Below are positions 21,188-31,400 of a DNA stretch of 64,000 nt, one piece after another (positions within the stretch are counted from its first letter, which is position 1; each line of letters starts with the position of its first letter). A program made the position numbers and the translations under genes. The notes under the pieces are model-generated. The model was not told where the DNA came from, did no database searches, and was given only the letters and a program-made list of their open reading frames with translations. The stretch comes from Anthoceros angustus (lineage: Eukaryota > Plantae > Anthocerotophyta): NCBI GenBank assembly GCA_010909165.1, contig VJWM01000025.1, positions 1,302,001 through 1,366,000 on the forward strand. Reading direction: 5' to 3'.

Positions 21188-21664
21188 GTTAACTTCAAGT
21201 CTATGATTAAAAATGAAGATAAACTAACCTCAAACCACTGTAGGTGTGGGTGAAGGAGCTTCGTTAAGCTTATTGTTGTGTCTATTGCCTTCCAAAGAAC
21301 GTTCGTTGGGCCAATCTTCTAGACAGCAATGGTAGCTTGTGATGCATCCTCTAGTGTCTATTGGCATCATTGCCACAGGCCAAGGAAATAAGGGATTATT
21401 TCCAACCAGGCATTATTACCAAAGGCCAAGGACTAAATAGTTATATTACCTAAGCTCATACTCTTTCCTTTTATTCCTTATCGAGCAGAGGAGTATGTAG
21501 TAGCAGGATATGGCGCTATATATGTAGCTCAACACTCCAAGCTAAGTGGATTGTATATGTTTATCTAGTAAAGAGGTAGCCATACTTCGTCCCTACACTG
21601 ATTCTTGTCTTTTTTTTGCAATATCTTGGGTTGCATTCCGGTGTAAAGGTCACAGACTTCAAGC

Positions 21665-21835
21665 CTGATTTTCTGTTCGTGTGCTCTAGGCCTATTGATG
21701 CCAAGAGCCTGCGTACTCACCATGGCATCCGCGCATGGCATCTCTGCTGCAAACTGATTTTCTGTTCGTGGGCTCTAGGCCTATTGATGCCAAGAGCCTA
21801 CGTGCTCACCATGGCATCCGCGCATGGTAGCTCTG
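21665..21835. repeat. Tandem duplication, period about 89 bp
   Basis: ctgattttctgttcgtg(t/g)gctctaggcctattgatgccaagagcct..ctcaccatggcatccgcgcatgg occurs twice. Confidence 0.9.
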
Positions 21836-22241
21836 TTGTTTTGTAGCACGACAGAGCTTATTAGTCTCTCCTTTTTCTTGCAACTTTTGGTATCTCCCTA
21901 CAATGTCCTCTTGTTGACAGTTCTTCCCATCATCTAGTCTGAATGGGAGTTTTTAAGTTTATTTAATTAAATCTGTTTAATAATATTTTAATATTGAATA
22001 GGATTATTTTCAACAATAGATCTCCATAGCTGTGTTCCGTACGCGATTCACAAGCCTTCAACAACGTTCTTCTGCTATCATAAACTACTTATAGTAGGTA
22101 CTTCTGGAGGATTTGTCTCAGATGAAACAGTTGAGCTCCGTTTTCTCCATGGCTTGTTTGAACTAAATGTAGATTGAGATTCGTTGATACGTCGTCGGCA
22201 AGGCCTTAGGCTGCCGCCATTGTTGGCTGTATGCGTTGCAG

Positions 22242-25200
22242 ATGAAGAGCCACGGAGACGGGCAGGGGGGGAGAGGACGGGGTGGCGTTCGGGGGGAGTG
22301 GCATGGTAAAGGCAAACATCGGGGCAGAGGGAGAAGCGGGCCTGGGGGAAGGGGGCATGAGGCAAGCAGGCGTACCTTCAATGCTGACGATGATCCGAAG
22401 CCATTCACCTTCTCCAGGAACCTTCCTCGACGGTAAGTGGGGCGTGTTTCTGCTTATGCACTGAGCTGGAATTCTGGGAGTCTAATTTGAGTGCGTATGG
22501 GTGTCCTTATAGCTTTCTCTGTGACTTGTTGTCGTCGTCTTCTTTTGCACCAGTGTTCCTGTGGACCAAGAAACCAAGCACTATTTTGTGCAGTTATCTG
22601 ACCTGATTCAAGAGGGGGGCTCTGTTGTGGATCCTGAGGAGAGAGCAATTCTGACGGCCAATGCCTTGGGGGAAGCTAGTGGGAAGGAGCTACAGCTGGC
22701 CTGCGACGTTACGTGCAGTCGAGTGCTGGAGAATCTTCTGGCTGCTGCTGATTTGGAACATCTGTTGGTCTTCCTTCGGGGCTGCAGCCCTAGTTTCGCG
22801 TCCATCGCCACACATTTTGCCGGCTCGCATGTGGCGGATGCTGTTTTGGGAGCTCTTATTCGCATGGTGCGAGGTGGTATCATTTCTGGCGAAGGGTACA
22901 GAGCTGTAGAATCTGCCCTTGGACCTGTGTGTGAGGTATTAGTTTTTTGCATCGATGTCTTATCCTCGTGCCCAAGTCCACATGCTGCTTAATTGAACGG
23001 TTTTGTGTCTCGCTCAGGTGATCGAAGGAGCTTTACTGGATGTGATATGCAGCAGATATGGATCACATGTGTACCGCAATCTCCTGGCATTATGCAGTGG
23101 AGTTGCACTTGAAGCTGCTAGTCAGGGCTCAGCAGTGGCTGTCGAAAAGCTTGAATCTAGACTTGTTCAGGCATACAAAGCTGCGGTGGCACCTCCGAAG
23201 TATGTGTTCCCGACACTAATTGGTTCCCTGGTTGATGGAATCTTGGGGCTGGCGACTGAGGATATCAAGAGGCTTCTTGCTGACTCTGCTGCTGTGCCTG
23301 TCTTACAGGTGTGTGGCGAGACTATATTCTTTGTAGTTGCTACCTTCAACCAGGCTGTACTTCTGTTGTTTTCATACTTATTTCATCTGGTTGCAGGCTG
23401 TGCTGAATGTTCTGGATGGAGATAGTTCTGCTATCACGCAAATAGTTGCAATGCTCCTAGAGTGTGGTCTGGAAAACGTTGGTCATGAGGGAAGGGTCCT
23501 GGAGGCTGCTTCAGTTCCCACAGTCTTGGAAAGCATGAAAGGTTTCTACAGCAGCCATTTATTTGAGGTGATGCTCGTTTTGTAGTGAATTCTGTCTCTT
23601 GAACTAACATTGTGGGAGCAGTCATATTCAACTAACAGTTCGTTGTATGTTTCCTTTAGACTATGCTGCAAGTGGTGCCAGACTCTTTGTTCCTTGAGAT
23701 GTTTGAGAGGTTCTTTAAGCAGCATCTTCTAGAGCTTTCACGCCACAAGTCTGCAAACTTTGTCGTTCAATCTTTGATTTCTTCTGCCCGGCATGAGGAC
23801 CAGGTGCAATCAACAGTTTTGCTTGCAAATGGCCTTAGCTTTGAAAATAGTTATGGCTCAACAGCACTTACCTGGAACGTGAGACTGTAGGTAAATGCCA
23901 TTGTTGATGAGCTCCAGGGAGACTTTTTGGATCTAATCAAAGAACAAAGAGCTGGTGTCATAGCTGTGCTTGTTGCGGCATGTGGTCGTTTCCGCACTCG
24001 CCAGCATGAGGTACTGTCTGGCATTCTTTGCAAGTATCATTTTGCTTGGCCAACTTGGTGGTTCACTCACTGAAGTGCTTACCATCAAGTCCATCTCCTC
24101 CTTTTACAGGTTTGTCAAATCCTGGCCCATGCTGTTAATGGGGAAACGAGTGATCCCACTGGTTTGGTGTCACGCTTTCTATGTTTGGAAAGCGTCTGTA
24201 GCCCACGGGAGGATCATTCTGCACAGCCTACACCGGGAGCAAGGGGTTCAGTGATTGGGAGTACGATACTTCAGATAATATTGGGGTTTCGTCAGGTGAG
24301 ATTATAACTGCTATTGAGTGCTGTTTGTGGATTCTGACAACTTTTGACGCTAACCATGTATGCTCGCCTTGAGCTGAATTTTGGTGCTCTTGAATCTTTG
24401 TTTCCCATCTCTCTTCTCTGGAGCTGCTATCTTATGTGAGCCGCTGCTATCTTATGGTTGACTGTGCAGGAGCACAGTCAACCTTTCTTAAAAAGCATGC
24501 TGGCTATGACAGCTGCTGATGCTGTTGACATGGTGAAGGACAGACTTGGTTCTCATGTGGTCGAGGCTTTCTTAGAGTCTTCGGCACCCTCAAAACTAAA
24601 ACGTCGTTTTATTGCAAAGTGGGCCCCCAACCTCCAGATTTTTATGGCTTCAGCATTGTAGGATGCTCAACTTTCCCATGGCCATTGAGCTGTGTGTGTG
24701 CTCACTCGTGAATATCTTGCAGGCTTAAAGGGCAGTTTGCAGACCTGGCTATGCTACAAGCTTCCTCCTACGCTGTTCTGAAATGTTTTGACAAAGCAAA
24801 TATCAAGCTGAAGGAAGCAATAGTAACCGAATTGGCTCGAGTGCAGGCTGGGCTGTCTAAGACCAAGCGTGGGCCATATCTGCTTAAAAAATTGGACGTT
24901 GCAATGTGGGTATTTGAGATACAAATAACCTTCTCGCTGATCCTTTGATTGGTTGTGCTTAATCTGCTACAATTTCCCAGCTCTGGGATCCTGGGTCATG
25001 AGTTTGGTGTCTGATCCTTGATGCTGCTTTGTGGTGGAGAAGATTTTCCAGAGCTCCTGAGCTATGGAAGTCAAGGCAGGCAGCAAAAGAACAAACGCGA
25101 GCAGCATTTGCAGAGCTTGTCGGTGAAGAAATTGGCGAGGAGGAGACTAACTCCGGGCATGAAGTCTCTGGTACACTTGAAAAGATCGAGGGTGGAATGG

Positions 25201-25472
25201 CAAATTCTGGGACAACTGTGTCAGCAACCGGGAAGAACCTGCAAAATGGGGCTGCTCATCATGAAAGGAAGGGTGGAAGAAAACCGAAACGCCTCAAGAA
25301 GAAGGAATCAGCGGCTCTGCTGGCAAGTGTTGTAAAGGATAACCAAGCAGGTGATGCTTTACCAGATGCGCTGAAGAAGAAGAAGAAGAAGAAAAGGAAA
25401 AGGGAAAGCAGTGGCGAAACAGGCCTGATCGCAGGCAAAAGGAGCAATAGAACACAAATGGTGTTTTCCTAA
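22242..25472 (+). CDS. NOP9: Nucleolar Pumilio-repeat protein NOP9/APUM23-like, multi-exon
   Basis: RGG-rich N-terminus, DQETKHYF..ANALGEASGKELQLACDVTCSRVLE, HFAGSHVA, LSRHKSANFVVQSLI, GSHVVEAFL and a poly-Lys C-terminus. Confidence 0.9.
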
Positions 25473-25651
25473 TGAGTCTTGACATAATGACTCAGCTGTT
25501 TTTGTAGTCGTGCACAACCTCAAAGGGGAGATAACCCCTTGATCTGGCAGGAGCTCGATGTTTGCCAGCGCGGCCCTTGTACCATGGTGGAAGAGTTGAG
25601 AACGGTGATAATATTAATTTTCAGCTTCGCTTCAATGTTCACTTGCGTCAT

Positions 25652-26581
25652 TCACCTCCCAGACCATCCTTGTTCAGCTTGCACCTTCACATATTCTGCG
25701 ATTGCTCTTATATCAACTTCGCTCAACCGGGGTCCAAAAGTGCATTGGCCCCGTGGTGTGCACAGCTCGCCAAAGCCCTGCAATGAGCCAAGACGGTCGA
25801 CGGAAAGTAAATACCAAACGCACCGTAGCAGCAAGAATTCTTCAGAGCCATCTTACCGGCATTCTTCCTTTTCCAGAGTAAGTGATGCTATAGATGTCCT
25901 CCACAGTTTCTATTCCATTCCTGTGAATTCATAGAAGACAACGATTTAGAGGCATGTGAAAGCAGAAATCGGCGACGTCACATTCCAGATTGATCCACTG
26001 ACCTTAATAGATCTTGAGCCAGCAAGGTTGCTCCCTGAGGAGAAAATGTCGACCATGAGATGGTTGCAAGCTACAAAGCAGTCAGTGGGAAAGACACTGT
26101 TGCGGATAACTTACAGGCTGGATGACATTTCCACCTCCAGAATGACAGCCAGCACAGCTTCTGTTGAAAAGAGCCCCTCCTTCCTGAGCAAGAGCCGCTT
26201 CCACTCCTGATGAAGGGAAAATGTGTTAAGTCGGCAAGCACACGGAGGAGGACGGTGACAACAGGCCAGGATGATCTCACCACTGAGACTGGCAGCAGAG
26301 ACGATGGCTGAAGCTCCAATGGCCAGCAGGACTTGCATACTTGACGAGGCTGAAGTGTGTGTGGGGCAGTGCTGCTTGCCATCCTCACAATACGTTCCAC
26401 CTTTTCCGGTTGTACTGCTCCCCTCTCCAAGGCTGGCTTGAACAGACCCGCTCTGGACGCAACCATGCACGCTGCGGGGGACCGTGTAGGCACGTTCAGC
26501 TCGCACATTGTGGATTCCAGCTCTTCTCCCCAGACAGCATGCTCCAGAACCGGGAAGGGTGACGGCTCCCAGAGTCGCCAT
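25652..26581 (-). CDS. Chloroplast cytochrome c6A precursor, multi-exon
   Basis: Spliced peptide GALFNRSCAGCHSGGGNVIQP|GATLLAQDLLR|NGIETVEDIYSITYSGKGRMP|GFGELCTPRGQCTFGPRL, containing CxxCH and the two-Cys loop insertion typical of c6A. Confidence 0.93.
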
Positions 26582-27499
26582 GACGGTTTGAGAGCTGCAT
26601 CGCACTAGTGTCTTTGTTTATATGAAGAAGCCTTTCACTTTTGAGGGACCTTGGAGAGGATGGTGCTTGACGAGGAGACGGAGGGAGGCTGCCTCGGGGG
26701 ATGGCATGATTCCATACCCACTGATTGCAGCTGTCTGGATTCAGGACGCAGCCGGAAGCGGCAGTGGGACTGGTGCAAATTGCAGCAGTACTGCATAGCA
26801 ACTGTCATCCTGTGCTTCGTCGTTTGGGTAATGAGCTCCTCTCGTGTGATGTTGAACCGGACGGCATGTTCTCTTGGCAGTGTGATGCAACCCAACGCCT
26901 TTGCTTGCTGCAGGTTTGCTATTTGGCTCTCACAAGCAACGACTGATAACCAATCTGAGCTGAAGTCGTCCATCCGTAGCCAGGGACGTGGCGAGCAGGT
27001 TCCTACATGTGAGCAGGTTTCTACATGGATCCAAGTGCATTGTATTGGGAAATGAAGCATCCTGCCAGTAGTCAGCTATGCCATATGTTCAAGTGGTCAC
27101 CTTGTGACACTCTAATGTCTTGTCATGTCTAGGCACACATCACCTACCATGTTTCCAACAGAGTGTGTACAATCGTCCCAGTAGAAGTGAACAGTTCAAC
27201 CAATCAGTCCTGCAGGAGGAGCTTTGACTGCCTTGGTGCTGAGATTGCGGACGCAGGTGTCCTTGCTACGGCCAATAGATATGGAGGCTGTCATCTTCTA
27301 CCTGGCCCACTGGAGCCAGGCTTGGGGATCAAGCCGTGAGTCCTTCGATTCAGCAGGTCATGGGTTACCTGGCCCGTTTTCCTTAAAGCACACAGGGTGA
27401 CAGGTCCCATTTTGCAACAAGCTTTCAGGAGCCGACAAGGAAAAGGTCTTGGGACAGTGCTCTTGGAAGAGCTCCGCTGGTCTGTTCTGAAGGTATGAG

Positions 27500-30484
27500 A
27501 TGCTGGAAGCATCGAGGGGCAGCAGCGTGGCAATCAACTCAGCCCGTTCAAGGGAGGGTCTGGCTGGGAAAGGTGGGCGCCAGGAGGTCCTCTGGCCAGA
27601 CAACGCCTACAAGCCTGCTTGCGCGGATGGGCACTTGGCTGCTCTGAATGTGCAAGTGGGTCGTGTACCGGATGATAGTGGCCCTCGCAGGTCTGCAGGA
27701 TACGGAAAGTGGTTGACCGCTGAAACTGTGAGCCAACTATGTGAGCGAGGACTGCTCACAGAGGCTGTCGAGACTCTGGGTTTTCTGGTGCAGGCAGACC
27801 GTCGTATTTCTCAGTCTCTTCTTTATGGTGTGTTAAAAGAATGTCTGGTCCAGAAGAATCTCATCCTGGGCCGCCGTGTACACGCTCTCACAGTGAAAGG
27901 GGGTTATGCTTCGGACACGTTCTTGTGTAACCACATCCTGCGAATGTATGCTTCTCATGCCAGGTTGCAAGAAGCCATAGATGTGTTTACTTTGGTTACC
28001 ACGCCAGATGCCTTCATCTGGTCTTCCATAATCTCTGCACATGTTAAGCACGGGCTAGATAAGGAGGCCATACAACTGTACCATCAGATGCGCAGGTCAA
28101 ATGTGAAGCCGGATGGCCATGTGTTTGTAGCAGCACTTCAGGCTTGTGCGAGGGGAGCGGACTTAAAAACTGGACAGCAGGTGCATGCTGATGTGTTGGC
28201 CAGTGGGGTTGAGCCTGATTTGTTTGTTTGTAGTTGTCTGGTGGACATGTACGCAAAATGCAGCAACTTGGAAGATGCTCAGAGAGTGTTTGATGGGCTT
28301 GGTGAGAAAGATGCGGTGTTGTGGAATGCCATGATGGCGGGTTATTCCCAGCAGGGCATGGGGCACGAAGCGCTTCGTCTTTATAGTGCTATGCAAGAAG
28401 AAGGCATTGCTACACCTACTCCTGTGACATTTGTATGCCTCCTACAGGCATGTGCAAATGTGGGTACTCCAAGCTTGGACCAGGGCAAGCAGCTGCATGC
28501 ACAAATTAGAGAACAAGGACTTGAAGCTGATTTGCTCATAACCAACAGTTTGGTAAGCATGTACGCAAAGTGTGGCAGCTTGGAAGACGCTCAAAGATTG
28601 TTTGACAGAATTTGTCACAAAGATCTGGTGACATGGAATGCCTTGATTGCAGGATATTCCCAGGAGGGGATGGTGGAGAACGCCCTTGGTCTTTACTGGG
28701 CCATGCAAGAAGAAGGCAATGTGGCACCCGATTCTGTGACATTTGTGTGTGTCTTGCAGGCATGTGCAAGTGTTGGCGCCCCCGCTTTGGAGAGGGGGAA
28801 GCAGCTTCATGCACAAATCAGAGAACGACGACTTCAAGCTGACGAGTTTGTAGCCAGCAGCCTGGTCAACATGTATGCAAAGTGTGGCAGGCTAGAGGAT
28901 GCTCAGGACGTCTTCGACGGACTTTTTCAGAAAACTTTGGTGACATGGAATGCCATGATATGTGGATATTCTCAGCATGGCATGGGTGAGCAAGCTCTTC
29001 ATCTCTACAGTGCCCTGCAAGAAGGCGGCACTGCTGTGCCTGATTCTGTGACATTTGTGTCTCTCCTGCAGGCATGTGCAAGTGTGGGCACCTCGGCTTT
29101 AAAGAAGGGGAGAGAGATCCATGCACAGATACAAGAGCAAACACTTACAATTGATGGTGTTTTAGGCTGCAGCCTGGTAAACATGTATGCAAAGTGTGGT
29201 AGCCTGGAAGCTGCTCAGACTGTGTTTGACGGGCTTCCTCAGAAAGATTTGGTGATGTGGAATGCCATGATTGCAGGATATTCCCAGACGGGCATGGGCC
29301 AAGAAGCTCTTCATCTTTACAGCACCATGCGAGATGAAGGCATTGTGGCACCAGGTTCTGTGACATTTGTGTCCCTCTTGCAGGCATGTGCAAATGTAGG
29401 CACCCTAGCTTTGGAGACGGGGAAGCAGCTTCATGCAGAGATAGAAGAAGCAGGGCTGCAGGCTGACGTGGTTGTAGCCAATAGCTTGGTGAACATGTAT
29501 GCAAAGTGTGGCAGCTTAGAAGATGCTCAACGAGTGTTTGATAGCCTTCCTTGGAAAGATGTGGTAACATGGACTGCTCTAATATCAGGATATGTGCAGG
29601 AAGACATGGGTCAGGAAGCCCTTCTTGTCTATAAGGCTATGCAAGAAGAAGACATGGCTGCACCCGACTCCGTGACATTTGTTTGCCTCCTGCAGGCATG
29701 TGCAAGTGTGGCAGCTTTGCATGTTGGAAGGCAACTACATGCAGATGTTGAACAACAGGGGCGTCAAGCAGATGTGACCGTAGCCAACAGTTTGATAATC
29801 ATGTATGCAAAGTCAGGCAGTATGGTGGATGCTCAGCAGGTGTTTGATGCATTACCTACAAGAAATGCTGTCACCTGGAATGCACTGATCGCAGGCTACA
29901 CCAGTCAAGGGGACAGTGAGGAGGTCTTTGAATTGGTTCTGAGAATGCAAGAGGATGGCATACAACCAGATCGCATCACATTCCTTAGTGTACTCCAGGT
30001 ATGCAGTCATAGAGGTATAGTGAAAAAGGGGCGAGAGTACTTTGAGACTATGAGCAAACATTATGGCCTCACTCCCACTGTGGAGCACTATACATGCATG
30101 GTGGATCTCCTGGGTCGTGCAAATCATCTGGACGAGGCTCTCGCTCTGGCAGCAACAATGCCAATACTGCCTAGTGCTTCAGTTTGGCACGCTCTGTTGT
30201 GTGCGAGTCAAAAGTGGAGCAATGTGGATGTGGGACGGCATGCTTTCGACCGAGCAGTACAGCTGAGCAAGAACGATGCGGCAGCCTATGTGTTGATGTC
30301 GAACATATACACCGGTGCCAAGATGTGGGAGCAGGCGCACGGGATGCAGGCGAGCAGAGCAAGCATTGGGGCATGGAAGCAACCAGGCCAGAGCTGGTGG
30401 ACAGATATGGACGGACGGGTGAATAGTTTTGTGGTCGGCGATAAGAATCGTTTCGAGAGGGAGGAGGAATATATGCAAGGCTGA
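27500..30484 (+). CDS. PLS-class PPR protein, paralog of 15496..18696, with PDF remnant, WW-type PG box and truncated DYW
   Basis: QEVLWPDNAYKPACADGHL remnant, about 7 PLS triplets, then WKQPGQSWW..GDKNRFEREEEYMQG*. The 5' structure is uncertain. Confidence 0.9.
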   Translation: MLEASRGSSVAINSARSREGLAGKGGRQEVLWPDNAYKPACADGHLAALNVQVGRVPDDSGPRRSAGYGKWLTAETVSQLCERGLLTEAVETLGFLVQADRRISQSLLYGVLKECLVQKNLILGRRVHALTVKGGYASDTFLCNHILRMYASHARLQEAIDVFTLVTTPDAFIWSSIISAHVKHGLDKEAIQLYHQMRRSNVKPDGHVFVAALQACARGADLKTGQQVHADVLASGVEPDLFVCSCLVDMYAKCSNLEDAQRVFDGLGEKDAVLWNAMMAGYSQQGMGHEALRLYSAMQEEGIATPTPVTFVCLLQACANVGTPSLDQGKQLHAQIREQGLEADLLITNSLVSMYAKCGSLEDAQRLFDRICHKDLVTWNALIAGYSQEGMVENALGLYWAMQEEGNVAPDSVTFVCVLQACASVGAPALERGKQLHAQIRERRLQADEFVASSLVNMYAKCGRLEDAQDVFDGLFQKTLVTWNAMICGYSQHGMGEQALHLYSALQEGGTAVPDSVTFVSLLQACASVGTSALKKGREIHAQIQEQTLTIDGVLGCSLVNMYAKCGSLEAAQTVFDGLPQKDLVMWNAMIAGYSQTGMGQEALHLYSTMRDEGIVAPGSVTFVSLLQACANVGTLALETGKQLHAEIEEAGLQADVVVANSLVNMYAKCGSLEDAQRVFDSLPWKDVVTWTALISGYVQEDMGQEALLVYKAMQEEDMAAPDSVTFVCLLQACASVAALHVGRQLHADVEQQGRQADVTVANSLIIMYAKSGSMVDAQQVFDALPTRNAVTWNALIAGYTSQGDSEEVFELVLRMQEDGIQPDRITFLSVLQVCSHRGIVKKGREYFETMSKHYGLTPTVEHYTCMVDLLGRANHLDEALALAATMPILPSASVWHALLCASQKWSNVDVGRHAFDRAVQLSKNDAAAYVLMSNIYTGAKMWEQAHGMQASRASIGAWKQPGQSWWTDMDGRVNSFVVGDKNRFEREEEYMQG

Positions 30485-30639
30485 GCAAGCCATGTGGCCT
30501 CTTGTCTTCTGTCCAGTTTCGTGTTGTGGTACCTGGAGCAGTGCGAGCTCACACAAGGTACTTCTAACACTTATTAGCTCCATCAAAGGGCACCATCCAT
30601 CAGCTCATCACCAGGTCTAATGCATTGGCTACCAATCCT

Positions 30640-31400
30640 GACCTTGGTTTCCATCTTCTAGTCGTAGTCTTCGTTCTCCTCCCTATCTGCCTCTCTATGT
30701 CCATTCTCTTTCTTCTCTCTAAGGTGGTGACCTTGGTTTCCATCTCAAAGACGGTCTTCGTTCTCCTCACCATTTGCCCCTTTGTGTCCATTCTCTTTCT
30801 ACCCTCTAAGCTGGTAATCTTCATTCTTCTCACTACGTGCCTCCCTATACCCACTCTGAAGTGGCTTTCTACTCTCTAAGCTGGTAATCTCGCTCGTTTC
30901 ACTACGTGCCTCCATATATCCACTCTAGTCTATGGAATGGTGATCTATGTTCTCCTCACTAGCAGCATCCATATATTTTTTTTTCCTCTTTATCGATATA
31001 TCCACCCTTATTGTCCATTATGGTGTCCACCCTTATTCTCCTCTCCAGGGCCGTACTATCCGACCTCACAATCTACCTCCCTATGTGCACCCTCATTCTC
31101 CTCTCTAGGGCCGTAATATCCCTTACCTCACTATCTACCTCCATATGTACACCCTCATTCTCCTCTCTAGGGCCGTAAAATCTAACCTCATTATCTACCT
31201 CCCTATGTGCACCCTCATTCTCCTTTCTAGGGCTGTAATATCCAACCTCACTATCTACCTTCCTATGTGCACCTTCATTCTCCTCTCTAGTACCGTAAAA
31301 TCCAACCTCACTATCTACCTTCATATGTGCTCCCGCAGTCTCCTCTCGAGGGCCATAATTTATGACCTCAATATGTAGCTCTCTATACCCACCCTCGTTC
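30640..31400. repeat. Degenerate 60-bp minisatellite array
   Basis: About 6 clear units of tctcctctctagggccgtaatatccaacctcactatctacctccctatgtgcaccctcat at 31038-31400, with more diverged related units at 30640-30930. Confidence 0.85.

Noticed and set aside
26651-27055. 134-aa ORF with one hydrophobic stretch, divergent from cytochrome c6A
   Set aside because: No recognisable family; may be UTR or promoter sequence. It needs expression data.
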